A DNA stretch of 49,480 nucleotides from a virus: positions 1 to 49,480 of IMG/VR virus record IMGVR_UViG_3300021387_000130; one strand, 5' to 3'. This document shows, one piece after another, positions 15,995 through 26,220 of the stretch. The notes under the pieces were generated by a model that did no database searches, was not told where the DNA came from, and saw only the letters and a list, made by a program, of their open reading frames with translations. Numbering within the stretch: the first letter of the stretch is position 1; every line of letters begins with the position of its first letter. The position numbers and the translations under genes were made by a program.

Positions 15995-18900
15995 GCTCCA
16001 ATTCTCCTTTCATTGTTTATATCTTCAATGTGTTGCAATCCGATTTCGCCGTAATTTGTCATTCCTTTATCTTCCGACTCATCTAACATCATATTGTAGT
16101 CCTTGAAGCGTAACTGGTCAAAGTCTTTCTGCTTCGCCTTAAGCTCCCATCCAAAAGAAAGTCCGGGAGTTCCGGTAACCACAAAATATCCGGGCTTACG
16201 CTCAGAGACATAGCATTTACCGTCTCCGTATACCTGCAGAAAAATCTGATAGCTATCTAGCGTTACCGTTTCGGCAAAAACAGGATCAACGAAAATTCGG
16301 CAGGTTTCATCTTTTCCAATAATACCTTCGCCAATATCGCCGAACATCGGAGACGGCGTTTCGTAGCAGTACAAGAGCCGTGTGCCATAATCTTTAGTGC
16401 TGACCGCCCTAGGCTTTCCTCCATGAGCAGTTACGGATGTAGTAGCAATCAGGTTCTTGCAATGAATGTTTCCGCCCACAAATAACTCTGATGCCATATT
16501 AACAGGAGTACCAAAACCAACACGCCCATTATCCGTACCGTGAACAGTCATAACCTGTCTGGTTACAGTTTGGCTTGTAGGGCTCGAAGCCATTGCAATT
16601 CTGAAGTCTGAGCCGTTATTTATTATCAAGTCAAGGCACGCCACATACATACCGACATAAGTTTCCCATGAATCGTCATCGGCATGATAATACGTTGGAG
16701 AATAATTGCGTGTAGTAATCCATCCTGCAGTGGGATTAATGTCATAACCAGATGCGGCACTTTTTGTCTTTGCTTCGGTATCCTCAAACCTGAGGTACGA
16801 AGCATCCATCTCAATTTTCCGTGTGTTGCTCTGACTGGTTACTTTTGTGCCAGTAATAGTAGAAGCAGAAATTGCAGATGCTGTAATATCTCCAGAATAC
16901 TGCCCATTTGTTGCTTCCATTGAACCATCAGTCAAAATTTTAAACCGATTATTCGCACTTACAACGCCATTAATGTTGATTTTACTGGCATTAATATTAA
17001 TCGATTCTGCTGATTGATTGATCGAAGATATAACCTCACTTTTTCCGACTTTCTGGGATACAGTGCTGTTTATTCCTGCGGCAGTTATTTGAATTTGCGT
17101 ATTTGCATAACTCTTTGCGTTATCCTCTGCATTGGTTGATGCTGTAGTAATTTCAGTCCTGATACTACTTGCAGTCTGCGTAATCTCCGAATGAGCATAA
17201 TCCTTAGCATTGGTTTCCGCATTGGTTGATGCTGTAGTGATCTCAGTTCTTAGCTGTGTTGCCGTTTGACTGACAAGAGAACGTGCTTCGTCATCGTTGA
17301 TTTTCCTGCCTACCTCTGCACGGATTTCTGTGTCAGTCATTTCCAGAGAAGCAAAGCGATTCTCTGTGTAGCCCTGCTGATAAAGCTCTGTTTCCAGAGT
17401 GATCGTTTCAGTCTTTGATACGAAATACAGCGGATCGCCGTCCTGATCACTAATAACATCTCCAGTATGATCAACCCAGTATTCGGGCTCACCAATGACT
17501 GCCATTTCACACACGACAGTCATTCCGTACTTTGCAGTATTGGTATCAACGCTGACGCTCTTTCCGGTGCCGATAAAATTCTTATCGGCATAATCTTCAC
17601 GCTTTATGTACCATTTAAACTGCGAGTCAAGATATTCGTCTGTTGCCTCAACCCCTGATTTATACACGACAGCATTAAAAGTGGCTACACTTCCGTTTTT
17701 GGTGTACGGAGTCTGGAGCAATATATTGCCGCTTGTAATAGATGATACTTCCTGCTTTGTCGCATAGGAACCCGCAACACTCGCCATGATATCGCCCTGA
17801 GTGACAGTTATAGTCGTTCTTAATGCAGACTCTATGTCATCAGCGTAATTTTTAGCATTGTTATATGCAGTATCAGCATACGTCTGAGCGTTATGCTCCA
17901 CTCTTGCAAGGTCAGCTTGTGTAACTTCACCCTCTTCGCCGGGTTCGATGCTTATGCTGATTTCTCCGGTTTCAAGGTTCCAGTAATTTCTACCCTGACG
18001 ATCTGAGATAATTCCTGCTTTAAGCAGGTTAGCATTGAGCGTTCCGGTATCAATAAAGTCAGCATTCAGATGCCCGTCAATTGTCCATGCATTGGTATAT
18101 GGCCCGTCAAATCCATTCCGGCTGAAGCCTATACCATTCATGTTGATGCGAAGCACATTGGTTGCAGTGGATTTATCGTCAGTATCCATCCAGTAGGCTT
18201 CGTTTGGCTGACCATCAGCGTTGGTGCCTATCACGAAATGACCGCCTGCACCACCTTTAATGAGCTCTGTTGCCGCATCGATTGCCGCCTGCATAACCGA
18301 AGCGGAAACGGCAAACCTTCTCACTGCAGAAAGTGTTGCCGCCTTGATTGTCGCTGACAGTGTAGTCCTCGGCGTTCCAAGCTCCATCCTTGTATATCGC
18401 TCAGCCAATGCATCGTATACAACCTTAACCACCTTTGCAGTGCGGTTAACGTTGAGCTTGGGATGAATGATCGTTACCGTATCGCACAATGCCACTCTTT
18501 GCAGTTCTGCAATAGATTTATATTCTTCTGTCTGCCACAGGGCAACAAAGTTTACCTTGATATTTTCGTTAGCTTCCCAAGGCGCACCATTATTCAGCCT
18601 GCGCAATGCTTCTGCCCTAAGCTGAGTAACTGTCGGTGCGGTATCCCACACTTCAGTCAGGTCAAGCGGAACAATCACAAGCTCTTCTCCGGGCTGTACT
18701 GCGCCGCCTGCTACATATCCTTCGGGCAGATAAACCGAAGTGTTGTCTTCGCTGTTACGCCAATAGGGAGCCACAGCATTATATACCTCGGACTCGTCAT
18801 ATTCCTGTGTGAACTCGCTCAGATTTTTACCATAGCGAATGGTTACGCCGCTGTTGGTTCCCCTGTTCTGATAAAGCTTAACCGTCCATTTATCCCACTC

Positions 18901-19398
18901 ATATTCGCCACCACCATACACATCAAGGATTGAACCTTGACTGCCTCCAAGCAGTTCTCTGATTGATGACGGCACAACAACAGTGAATGTTGCTACTGTA
19001 CTTTTGTCAGTCCAGAAACTGAAGGGATTATCGCTGATATTATTGGTCTTAAACCCTGCAAGGGCTTGCACAACGGTCTGCGCTCTATAAGGCTTGACAA
19101 TAATGTTGCCAAGCCTATAACTAATATGATGCGCATAAAACGTGACAAGCCCATTGAGCGGCGCTGAATGACGATAAATAATAAACGGCTGAATATCCTT
19201 CCGGTCATCATGGATGGTACCGATAATTCGCCCCTCAACGAGTTGTGAGAAATGCTTCCCATCCACAGGGTACTGGAATTCGCATTCATAGATGCCGTTC
19301 CGTTCTTCAGTAACTATGCATTTTGTTGCCTCTGCAAGCCTGCCAAGACCGTTTGTATCAAAGCTAACTTCGGCGCTATCGTATAAAATAGGTATCAT
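15991..19398 (-). CDS. Tail-associated lysin/tip protein (Tal; phage minor structural protein N-terminal family)
   Basis: MIPILYDSAEVSFDTNGLGRLAEATKCIVTEERNGIYECEFQYP is the typical prophage tail endopeptidase/Tal N-terminus. The protein is 1135 aa and contains a 90-bp internal duplication near 17128-17250. Confidence 0.7.
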   Translation of the reverse strand: MIPILYDSAEVSFDTNGLGRLAEATKCIVTEERNGIYECEFQYPVDGKHFSQLVEGRIIGTIHDDRKDIQPFIIYRHSAPLNGLVTFYAHHISYRLGNIIVKPYRAQTVVQALAGFKTNNISDNPFSFWTDKSTVATFTVVVPSSIRELLGGSQGSILDVYGGGEYEWDKWTVKLYQNRGTNSGVTIRYGKNLSEFTQEYDESEVYNAVAPYWRNSEDNTSVYLPEGYVAGGAVQPGEELVIVPLDLTEVWDTAPTVTQLRAEALRRLNNGAPWEANENIKVNFVALWQTEEYKSIAELQRVALCDTVTIIHPKLNVNRTAKVVKVVYDALAERYTRMELGTPRTTLSATIKAATLSAVRRFAVSASVMQAAIDAATELIKGGAGGHFVIGTNADGQPNEAYWMDTDDKSTATNVLRINMNGIGFSRNGFDGPYTNAWTIDGHLNADFIDTGTLNANLLKAGIISDRQGRNYWNLETGEISISIEPGEEGEVTQADLARVEHNAQTYADTAYNNAKNYADDIESALRTTITVTQGDIMASVAGSYATKQEVSSITSGNILLQTPYTKNGSVATFNAVVYKSGVEATDEYLDSQFKWYIKREDYADKNFIGTGKSVSVDTNTAKYGMTVVCEMAVIGEPEYWVDHTGDVISDQDGDPLYFVSKTETITLETELYQQGYTENRFASLEMTDTEIRAEVGRKINDDEARSLVSQTATQLRTEITTASTNAETNAKDYAHSEITQTASSIRTEITTASTNAEDNAKSYANTQIQITAAGINSTVSQKVGKSEVISSINQSAESININASKININGVVSANNRFKILTDGSMEATNGQYSGDITASAISASTITGTKVTSQSNTRKIEMDASYLRFEDTEAKTKSAASGYDINPTAGWITTRNYSPTYYHADDDSWETYVGMYVACLDLIINNGSDFRIAMASSPTSQTVTRQVMTVHGTDNGRVGFGTPVNMASELFVGGNIHCKNLIATTSVTAHGGKPRAVSTKDYGTRLLYCYETPSPMFGDIGEGIIGKDETCRIFVDPVFAETVTLDSYQIFLQVYGDGKCYVSERKPGYFVVTGTPGLSFGWELKAKQKDFDQLRFKDYNMMLDESEDKGMTNYGEIGLQHIEDINNERRIGA

Positions 19399-20099
19399 AG
19401 TTCATACCACCTCGGCGTGATATCGATTCTCGTTATCCCTGAGCCTAAAACAACATTATTATTTCCGGGCTTCAAAACTGGAAATGTTAATCCGGTAACC
19501 TGCACATATGCATTCTTGGATGTAGCCCCTTTATATGCCTCCATGATATCACAGTCAATATCAGTATAGGAGTCTGCTTCTGTGATTGTTACCGTGATAT
19601 TTCCGATGCCGAAGGAACCAGTTCCGTATACCCTGAGAAGTGGCTTCGCTTCCTGCAATGTGGGATTAGATACAACACCAGTCTCGGTCAAGCTAGTCAC
19701 ACTTTCGCCACTGACAAGAAACCTTTGTGGCTTTCGTGAGAACTCAATCACTGCTTTTGCCATGCTCCTGTCCGGCGTGAACTCAGGAACAATATCTCTG
19801 GATATATACGCCATGTAAAATTCATTCGGCTTAATGTCATCTGAAAGCCTTGCATACCCGATTATAGAGGACATATAAGAGCGAAAAGCGGTCATATTCG
19901 CCTCTGCATTTTCATGGATGATCACATCATAGGTATGCGAAACATTATTTCGATACCCCTGCGATGTGATCAACGCCCCGTTTCTGCCTGGAATATTTGA
20001 GGCTATATATTCATGCTTTGTGCTGTTGTCGATCTGCCGAAAAAAGCATTCTGCTCCAAAAGTGGATAACGCTCTTCCCGCAAAAGTCACGTTACTCAT
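19395..20099 (-). CDS. Distal tail protein (Dit)
   Basis: It lies between the tape measure and Tal. The MSNVTFAGR start overlaps the TMP stop (ATGA). The sequence looks like the phage tail family. Confidence 0.6.
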   Translation of the reverse strand: MSNVTFAGRALSTFGAECFFRQIDNSTKHEYIASNIPGRNGALITSQGYRNNVSHTYDVIIHENAEANMTAFRSYMSSIIGYARLSDDIKPNEFYMAYISRDIVPEFTPDRSMAKAVIEFSRKPQRFLVSGESVTSLTETGVVSNPTLQEAKPLLRVYGTGSFGIGNITVTITEADSYTDIDCDIMEAYKGATSKNAYVQVTGLTFPVLKPGNNNVVLGSGITRIDITPRWYEL

Positions 20100-22633
20100 A
20101 CATAAGCCGCCTTTCTCTGGGACTCCCAACGCAGGAATACATCCTGCACCTTTTCGGCGATTTCTTCCGCATCCTGCCCCGGCTGAGTATACAGATTGAT
20201 AGTTACGTTGTTCGTGTTATTATTGGTATCTCTTGCGGCTTCACGGATGTCTCGCATCAGATTTTCATGACCATATACGATTTCTCCGCCGGGTCTATCG
20301 CCAAACCCATACGGCCCCATTATCGTTGGCTTAGTAAACATATAAGGATTGTCATAAGCCTTTGCAAACCAATCAGTCACCGGAACCCAAGTCACGCCAA
20401 AGCCAGTAGGAATACTGCCAATAACCGGAATGTCAGTCCATCTCGTTACTGAGATTTTGGGAAGCTTGATAACGATGTTGGAAAAATCAAACAAGCCTGC
20501 AAAGAATGTTCCTACATCGAAAAATGCGCCTTTAATCGCTTCCCAGATTGATGTGCCAAGCTCTGCCCAATCAATCTCCTTGATTGCAGTAACAACTTCA
20601 TCAAACTTACCTTTGAACCAACCGCTTATCCCTGTTACTGTATCACCGAATGCACCAGTGATCCAAGCCCACACATCAGCACCAACCTGCGCCCAGTCAA
20701 TCTCTTTGATTGCCGTAACAGCCTGATTAAAATGTATTGTTGCCCAGTTGCCAAGAGCTTCAAAGATGCCAAGCAGAGTCGTCCAGACATATTCACCGAC
20801 TGCCGCCCAATCAATTTCCTTGATTGCAGTGATTGCCAGATTAAATGTCGTGGTTGCCCATGTGCCGATTGTTGAGAATGCCGCAACAATGAAATCCCAT
20901 ATGGTTGTGCCTACAGCCGCCCAGTCAATTTCTTCTATCGCAGTCACAGCCGCCTCAAAGGTTTCCTTTGCCCATGTTGCGATTGTCGCAAAAGCGGCGA
21001 TAATGAAGTTCCAGATAGTTGTACCAAGTCCTGCCCAGTCAATCTTTCCTATGGCAACCTTCGCCGCCTCGAATTTTGTTTTTGCCCAGATCAAAAGGTT
21101 ATTAAATGCAGATGTGATGAAATTCCAGATAGCAGTGCCAAGTCCTGCCCAGTCGATCTCTGAGATTGCAGTCCAGATATCACCAAATAGCGCCGTAAAG
21201 AACTCAATAGCGGCACTAAATGCGCTTTTGATGAACTCCCAGATTGCAGTACCTAAGCCCGCCCAGTCAATGTTCTCAATCGCACCCTTAACGCCTTCTT
21301 CGTCACCTTCGCCACCGCCGAACAGACTTTTGAACCACGAAACCACGGCAGAAAATGCGCTCTGAATTGAGCTCCATACGTTATGCCCCACTTCTGCCCA
21401 GTCAATAGACTTTATTGTTTCAGCGGCATTGTTAAACAAGTCAGTAAACCAACTGACCAATCCCGCAAAAGCTCCAGTAATTCTGTTCAGCACTTCTGTG
21501 CCGACGGCTTGCCAGTCAACTTTCGATGCTTCTTCTTTAATCTTGTTATACACGCTAATGATGACCTGCGGCACTTCGTTAATTACTGTAGCCACGAGTG
21601 TCCACGCAGACTCTAGCAATTTCGGGGCAAGGTCTGCAATGATACCCGGCAGTTTCTCAATAATGATCGGCACAATCTCTTTGATTGCGACACCGATATT
21701 CTGCAGGATGCCCCCGATAATTGGAACAATGTTACCAATATATGTTCCCGCAGTCTCTACCAAATCTCCGACAGCAGTCTTGGTTTCTTCGCTTCCTCTA
21801 CCAAAGGCAATAGTCAGGTTATCCCAAGCGGCTCCAACAGCACTTAAAGAACCTTGAATAGTTCCATCAGCCTCATGCATCGTTGTTCCGGTAATGCCCA
21901 TTTCAGTCTGGACAACATGAATAGCCTCAACGATGTCGGAATAGCTCGAAATATCGTACTTGTACCCGGAAATTTCTTCCGCCTTGTCAAGCAATTGTTG
22001 CATACCTTCTTTTGTGCCCGCGAAACCAAGAGCCAGATTATCAAGCATCGTAAAGTTGCCACGACTGAAACCCCTGTATGCATCCTGCACAGACTGCATA
22101 TTGGTGCCCATCTTGTTGACGTTATCCGACATATCCGTGATGGACATATCCATCAGGTCAGCCGCTTTTTCCTGATCACCCCCAAGGGAATTAATCAAAG
22201 CCGCCGCCGACTGAATAGATGTCTCCATGTATGCATTTGCGCTTATTCCTGCAGTCTTGAAGGCTTTTTCGGAGTTTTTCAGGACAGTTGACTCTGCCTT
22301 TTTCAGCTTATCATATTCGCTTTGAGCTTCGGAAACACTCTTTCCTACGCTTTTCGCATATTCCTCAAGACTCATGCCGCCTGTGCCGAAAAGCGTTTCT
22401 ACACCACCGACCAACTGCTCATAGTTTCCGTAACTATCTACGGCTTTCTTTGCAAGCACACCAACAGCGGCACCTGCGGCACCAACCCCTGTGGCTACGC
22501 CTTTCGCCGCAGTGCCGAAAGCCCCTTTTAATTTCTCACCTAGTCCTTTTCCCTCAGACTCGGCTTCTTCAACACCTTTCTCATATTCGCTCTTGTCCAA
22601 GGTGATCTTGGCAACGAGATTAAATAAATCCAT
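20096..22633 (-). CDS. Tape measure protein
   Basis: 845 aa, helical and Ala/Gly-rich, with internal repeats. It follows the chaperone pair. Confidence 0.85.
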   Translation of the reverse strand: MDLFNLVAKITLDKSEYEKGVEEAESEGKGLGEKLKGAFGTAAKGVATGVGAAGAAVGVLAKKAVDSYGNYEQLVGGVETLFGTGGMSLEEYAKSVGKSVSEAQSEYDKLKKAESTVLKNSEKAFKTAGISANAYMETSIQSAAALINSLGGDQEKAADLMDMSITDMSDNVNKMGTNMQSVQDAYRGFSRGNFTMLDNLALGFAGTKEGMQQLLDKAEEISGYKYDISSYSDIVEAIHVVQTEMGITGTTMHEADGTIQGSLSAVGAAWDNLTIAFGRGSEETKTAVGDLVETAGTYIGNIVPIIGGILQNIGVAIKEIVPIIIEKLPGIIADLAPKLLESAWTLVATVINEVPQVIISVYNKIKEEASKVDWQAVGTEVLNRITGAFAGLVSWFTDLFNNAAETIKSIDWAEVGHNVWSSIQSAFSAVVSWFKSLFGGGEGDEEGVKGAIENIDWAGLGTAIWEFIKSAFSAAIEFFTALFGDIWTAISEIDWAGLGTAIWNFITSAFNNLLIWAKTKFEAAKVAIGKIDWAGLGTTIWNFIIAAFATIATWAKETFEAAVTAIEEIDWAAVGTTIWDFIVAAFSTIGTWATTTFNLAITAIKEIDWAAVGEYVWTTLLGIFEALGNWATIHFNQAVTAIKEIDWAQVGADVWAWITGAFGDTVTGISGWFKGKFDEVVTAIKEIDWAELGTSIWEAIKGAFFDVGTFFAGLFDFSNIVIKLPKISVTRWTDIPVIGSIPTGFGVTWVPVTDWFAKAYDNPYMFTKPTIMGPYGFGDRPGGEIVYGHENLMRDIREAARDTNNNTNNVTINLYTQPGQDAEEIAEKVQDVFLRWESQRKAAYV
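20490..21520 (-). repeat. About 9 tandem coding repeats of about 37 aa within the tape measure gene
   Basis: The recurring unit is (I/V)DWAxxGTxIWxFIxxAFxxxxxW. Boundaries are approximate. Confidence 0.7.
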
Positions 22634-22824
22634 TACTTACCTCCAAGCTTATTGCGTATGCCATCGATGATCTCCTCCGAAGTACGTTTATCTTCGGGCT
22701 TGAAGATATCAGCATACCTCTGCGCATTACGCCCCAATAGGCTTGCCTTTAAAGCATCAGTAACATAAATGCGGTATGCGTACTCACGCTGAATCTCTTC
22801 ATTGCGTGCCATCACATACCGCAC
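22633..22824 (-). CDS. Tail assembly chaperone, distal ORF (possible frameshift extension)
   Basis: It is in the -1 frame relative to 22833..23192, and that frame is open across the junction. No canonical slippery heptamer was recognised. Confidence 0.4.
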   Translation of the reverse strand: MRYVMARNEEIQREYAYRIYVTDALKASLLGRNAQRYADIFKPEDKRTSEEIIDGIRNKLGGK

Positions 22825-22832
22825 AAAGCTTT

Positions 22833-23192
22833 TTATCTTCCGCTGTCCTCTGTATTCTCCGTAGCAGAGCCAGAAGATGTGTGTTCCTCGTTCTGACCCT
22901 GCAAGGAAAAAACCTGCTGAAGTTGCGGATCATTCATAATTTCAAGCACATCGCTTGCCAATGTGATAGCATTGAACCTGACTTTATCAGGGCTCTGCCT
23001 GTGCATTGCCGCAACAATCTCGATTGCTGATTTTTTGTGGTTTCTCAGAATTTCGGCAACGGCAAAGATGACGGGCTTTCCGCTTCTAAAAATGCTGACG
23101 ATTTTCTGATCTGTCATGATTTCTGAAGCAGGTTCAATAATGTCAGCCAGTAAATCAAGAGCATCCTCATTTTCAAAATCCGACAGCCTCAT
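22833..23192 (-). CDS. Tail assembly chaperone
   Basis: Acidic 119-aa protein between the major tail and tape measure genes. Confidence 0.55.
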   Translation of the reverse strand: MRLSDFENEDALDLLADIIEPASEIMTDQKIVSIFRSGKPVIFAVAEILRNHKKSAIEIVAAMHRQSPDKVRFNAITLASDVLEIMNDPQLQQVFSLQGQNEEHTSSGSATENTEDSGR

Positions 23193-23209
23193 TGTTCATC
23201 CCTCCTCAA

Positions 23210-23773
23210 TTAAGCATCCATGCTGTAAAATACCATCGGCACAACATCCTGTGCGTTAATAGACACATGACCAGTCAGTGTAAAGGAAATCTGACCTTTA
23301 CCATTTTTCGTGGTCTGCAGACTGAACCCTTCCGTAGACAGCGCATTTTTGAGCTGAATAGCAACAAGTCCACCATCAGCCCTGTCGCCTACCCACCAAA
23401 CATCAGCAAAGTCAGTCTGTGCTAAATCTCTTCTTGGAACAATCATGGATGTATTCGTTCCGTCAATATCAGCGGCACCAAGAGCCATCTTAATCAAATC
23501 AGGAGATGTACCCAGTGCAGTACCAGAAATTGAGCAGTCCCAACCATCAAGATGCTTCAGTTCTTTTGTGTTATTGGGCGCATTGTCCACATCCTCGCCA
23601 AAGTCAGAATAAGTCGGTACACAAGATGCAGTAATGCCGCCAGTGGTTGCTGTGATAATGTCAGCATCTGCGGGAGCCGCAGGGCTTGCCGGGTTAAATG
23701 TTTTCAAGAGTACGCCTGCGTCCAACTGCAGGCCATTAAATGTATCTGTAGGAATAACCGTAAATCTTCCCAT
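23210..23773 (-). CDS. Major tail protein
   Basis: The start at MGRFTVIPTDTF follows AAAGGAG. The call rests on position and on sequence typical of siphovirus tail-tube proteins. Confidence 0.6.
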   Translation of the reverse strand: MGRFTVIPTDTFNGLQLDAGVLLKTFNPASPAAPADADIITATTGGITASCVPTYSDFGEDVDNAPNNTKELKHLDGWDCSISGTALGTSPDLIKMALGAADIDGTNTSMIVPRRDLAQTDFADVWWVGDRADGGLVAIQLKNALSTEGFSLQTTKNGKGQISFTLTGHVSINAQDVVPMVFYSMDA

Positions 23774-23787
23774 GATCTTTCTCCTTT

Positions 23788-24156
23788 TCAATATGCTGTC
23801 AGGAACTCCGCATTCAGGTTAATCAATATACGCCTGATTGCGTCATCTTCATCTGCGACTCTCTGTGCAAACGGCGTCCCCTGAGTAATCCATAGATACC
23901 CGCCATCCACTGTCTGAATACAGTATCCGGTACTGCCTACCTCTTCAGCTATTTCATCAGCTTTCTTCGATATTTCAGCCCAAGATAACGAATGATACCA
24001 CAAAGAGCCAGTCAGCAATAAAACATCGTCCATCCTCCCGGTAGCCACATCATAAGTGATGTATGGCATCTGAGCGTCATCAGGAACGGTATTTTGATCG
24101 TAAGCAGTCAGTCCGAAACTTGACCAAAAAGCGTGTATTGCCTGCGCCTTATCCAT
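23788..24156 (-). CDS. Putative tail completion/terminator protein
   Basis: Called from its position immediately upstream of the major tail protein. Confidence 0.35.
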   Translation of the reverse strand: MDKAQAIHAFWSSFGLTAYDQNTVPDDAQMPYITYDVATGRMDDVLLLTGSLWYHSLSWAEISKKADEIAEEVGSTGYCIQTVDGGYLWITQGTPFAQRVADEDDAIRRILINLNAEFLTAY

Positions 24157-24505
24157 TCGGCAACCTCCATTCTTCTGCAGTCACCTGCCGCATGTCAAGC
24201 GTTGCGCTTTTTGGTGTATACAAGTCATCGCCATCTGATGTCACACGGAACAGCTTTCCATCTCTTTCTCTCTTGAATACCTCGTGATATTCAAGAGTAA
24301 TGCCTCGCCCGGTTGTGACTGTGTACAAGCTTGTCACTCCCTCTGCTTCTGCACGCCTTGCTTCGATGGAAGTATTAAAAACAATGGCCGCAGAAAAGTT
24401 AAAGTCACTTTCGACCCAAACTTCCGTGCGACCACCATATCCGTCTGGAACGCTCTGTTTGTTCAGCATTATGCAATTTTCCATTGCGTCACTCAGTAAA
24501 CTCAT
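24149..24505 (-). CDS. Putative head-tail adaptor/head closure protein
   Basis: The start at MSLLSD follows GGAGGAAAAT and overlaps the upstream stop (ATGA). The sequence looks like an SPP1 gp16-type adaptor. Confidence 0.45.
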   Translation of the reverse strand: MSLLSDAMENCIMLNKQSVPDGYGGRTEVWVESDFNFSAAIVFNTSIEARRAEAEGVTSLYTVTTGRGITLEYHEVFKRERDGKLFRVTSDGDDLYTPKSATLDMRQVTAEEWRLPNG

Positions 24506-24948
24506 ATTTTCCTCCATCTGTTCAAGCGTGATGCAAAAGTCCCCTGCCAAGTACCTGTGAGCGATGTTCCATCACTCGCTCCTCCGCCTGACTTACTGTA
24601 TGAATACCCTCCGAAGCTTTCGCTCTGATAAGGACTCATCAGCTGACTGTCAATACCGCCGTACTTATCTTGCCAATCCTGAATTTCTCCTGCAAGAGCA
24701 ATGACTGCGGGAGGAACAGCCATTGCCCAAACAGAACCCTCAAAAGTTTCGTCAACCAGAGTCTCGTCATACGGATATACATGAACTCCATCATTGAACA
24801 CACTGCCAATTATCCGGTAGTACTGCCCCTCTTTTAAAGGGATAGTATCCGCAAGCCTGCCATCGCTCAATGTGAAAGTACCATAGTATTTTGGCATACT
24901 TCGATCAAACCAATTCCTGATCTCCTGACAAATCTCCGTTAACATCAT
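24502..24948 (-). CDS. Putative head-tail connector protein
   Basis: Called from its position after the capsid genes. The N-terminus is gp6-like (EICQEIRNWF). Confidence 0.45.
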   Translation of the reverse strand: MMLTEICQEIRNWFDRSMPKYYGTFTLSDGRLADTIPLKEGQYYRIIGSVFNDGVHVYPYDETLVDETFEGSVWAMAVPPAVIALAGEIQDWQDKYGGIDSQLMSPYQSESFGGYSYSKSGGGASDGTSLTGTWQGTFASRLNRWRKI

Positions 24949-25135
24949 CTTTTGCTACCTCAATCTTGACCTTTTCGATAAGTGGCTTGCCCCGCCTGTT
25001 TTTGTCAGAGGCAAGCTCACCGATCCTCTTCTTACTCGGACGATATCCGGCACGGGGATATTCATCCCCTATGCCGTATACATGATTTTTGTCCTGCAGG
25101 TCTGTAAATCTCACGATTACTTTATACATGATCAC
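24905..25135 (-). CDS. Hypothetical small head-module protein
   Basis: 76-aa ORF directly after the major capsid gene. Confidence 0.4.
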   Translation of the reverse strand: MIMYKVIVRFTDLQDKNHVYGIGDEYPRAGYRPSKKRIGELASDKNRRGKPLIEKVKIEVAKDDVNGDLSGDQELV

Positions 25136-26217
25136 ACTCCATCATCCGTTTCTATTGCAGTAGCAATGAACAGGCTTGTCGGATTGTAAAGCACAGGCAT
25201 AAACAGGGCGCTTGCCTTAGTCCACAGAACAGCAGGATCTGTCTCTGCCCACTGAGTGATGTATACAAACGGCGATACCGTGCTCTGGGATACGTTCAGG
25301 AACTGAGCAACATCGGCTTCCGGCGAGTCACCCCACAGACCTACGCCAAGTCTGCCGCCCTGATTTCCTGCAAAGAATGTGACTTTATCCTTCGGGAAAT
25401 AACGAGCTGTAGTGATGGACGGTCTGCCGTCAGCACCGATTGCGGCGCTTGCGCCATAAGTCAGGTCATTTGTGATGATCTGATTGATGCCGAAGTTTTC
25501 AGACAGATAGTTCTCCAGTTCGCCGTTGCTGATAACGGCACCTACACCTGCTGAACCTCTGATTGCAATCTGAATAGCCGCATTGTTTTTCAGCCTGCTG
25601 ATAATCTTTCGGGATGTCACCATGCCGGAAATGATCGCACCCTGATCTGCGGCATCGCTCACAATCTTTTCAAGCTGACTGGGAATATCTGCGGCGGCAT
25701 CTGCGCCAAAGTCAAGGGTCAGGTTTTTATTCCCTGCAGGTACACCATAGTCAACAGTCAGGTTAAGATTGTTCTCGTGAATAGTTACCTGCCCAGTGGC
25801 AAGCAGTTCATTCTTTGCAACTTTCGTTCTGGTGACAACCTGTTCTGCCAGTCTCACTCCGTCATTAATGACGTAGTCATACATGGCTTCATCGCCCTGC
25901 ACGCCGCTTCTGAGAAGCGCACGCATACGCTCGGACTGGTTAATCTTAACCTTGATAAGCCCCTTCTCGATATTGTGAGTATCGATCGGAATACGGAACG
26001 TTGTCTGAGACTCAGTATCAAAACCATGGAACTGAGCCATCACCGGAATCTGGTACTCAGATGCGATGCTCTCCCACTCAGCCACAAGATTGGGGGTCTT
26101 CTGATCACCAAAAAGCATATCAACAGGATCGCCGGGTCTGGTAATCTGGAACGGAACGTCAAGCCAGTCTGTTCTCGGCACAAAGCCAAGGATATTATTT
26201 TCCCACTTAATCGGCAT
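25132..26217 (-). CDS. Major capsid protein (E-family-like)
   Basis: 361 aa, positioned after the scaffold and decoration-like genes. The sequence resembles lambda gpE-type capsid proteins. Confidence 0.7.
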   Translation of the reverse strand: MPIKWENNILGFVPRTDWLDVPFQITRPGDPVDMLFGDQKTPNLVAEWESIASEYQIPVMAQFHGFDTESQTTFRIPIDTHNIEKGLIKVKINQSERMRALLRSGVQGDEAMYDYVINDGVRLAEQVVTRTKVAKNELLATGQVTIHENNLNLTVDYGVPAGNKNLTLDFGADAAADIPSQLEKIVSDAADQGAIISGMVTSRKIISRLKNNAAIQIAIRGSAGVGAVISNGELENYLSENFGINQIITNDLTYGASAAIGADGRPSITTARYFPKDKVTFFAGNQGGRLGVGLWGDSPEADVAQFLNVSQSTVSPFVYITQWAETDPAVLWTKASALFMPVLYNPTSLFIATAIETDDGV

Positions 26218-26220
26218 TAA

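Noticed and set aside
22820-22900. Programmed -1 frameshift joining the two tail chaperone ORFs.
   Set aside because: The -1 frame is open across the junction, as expected for a G/GT-type pair. However, I could not find a canonical X XXY YYZ slippery heptamer before the TAA, only GGAAGATAAAAAG. It is left as a possibility, not a call.
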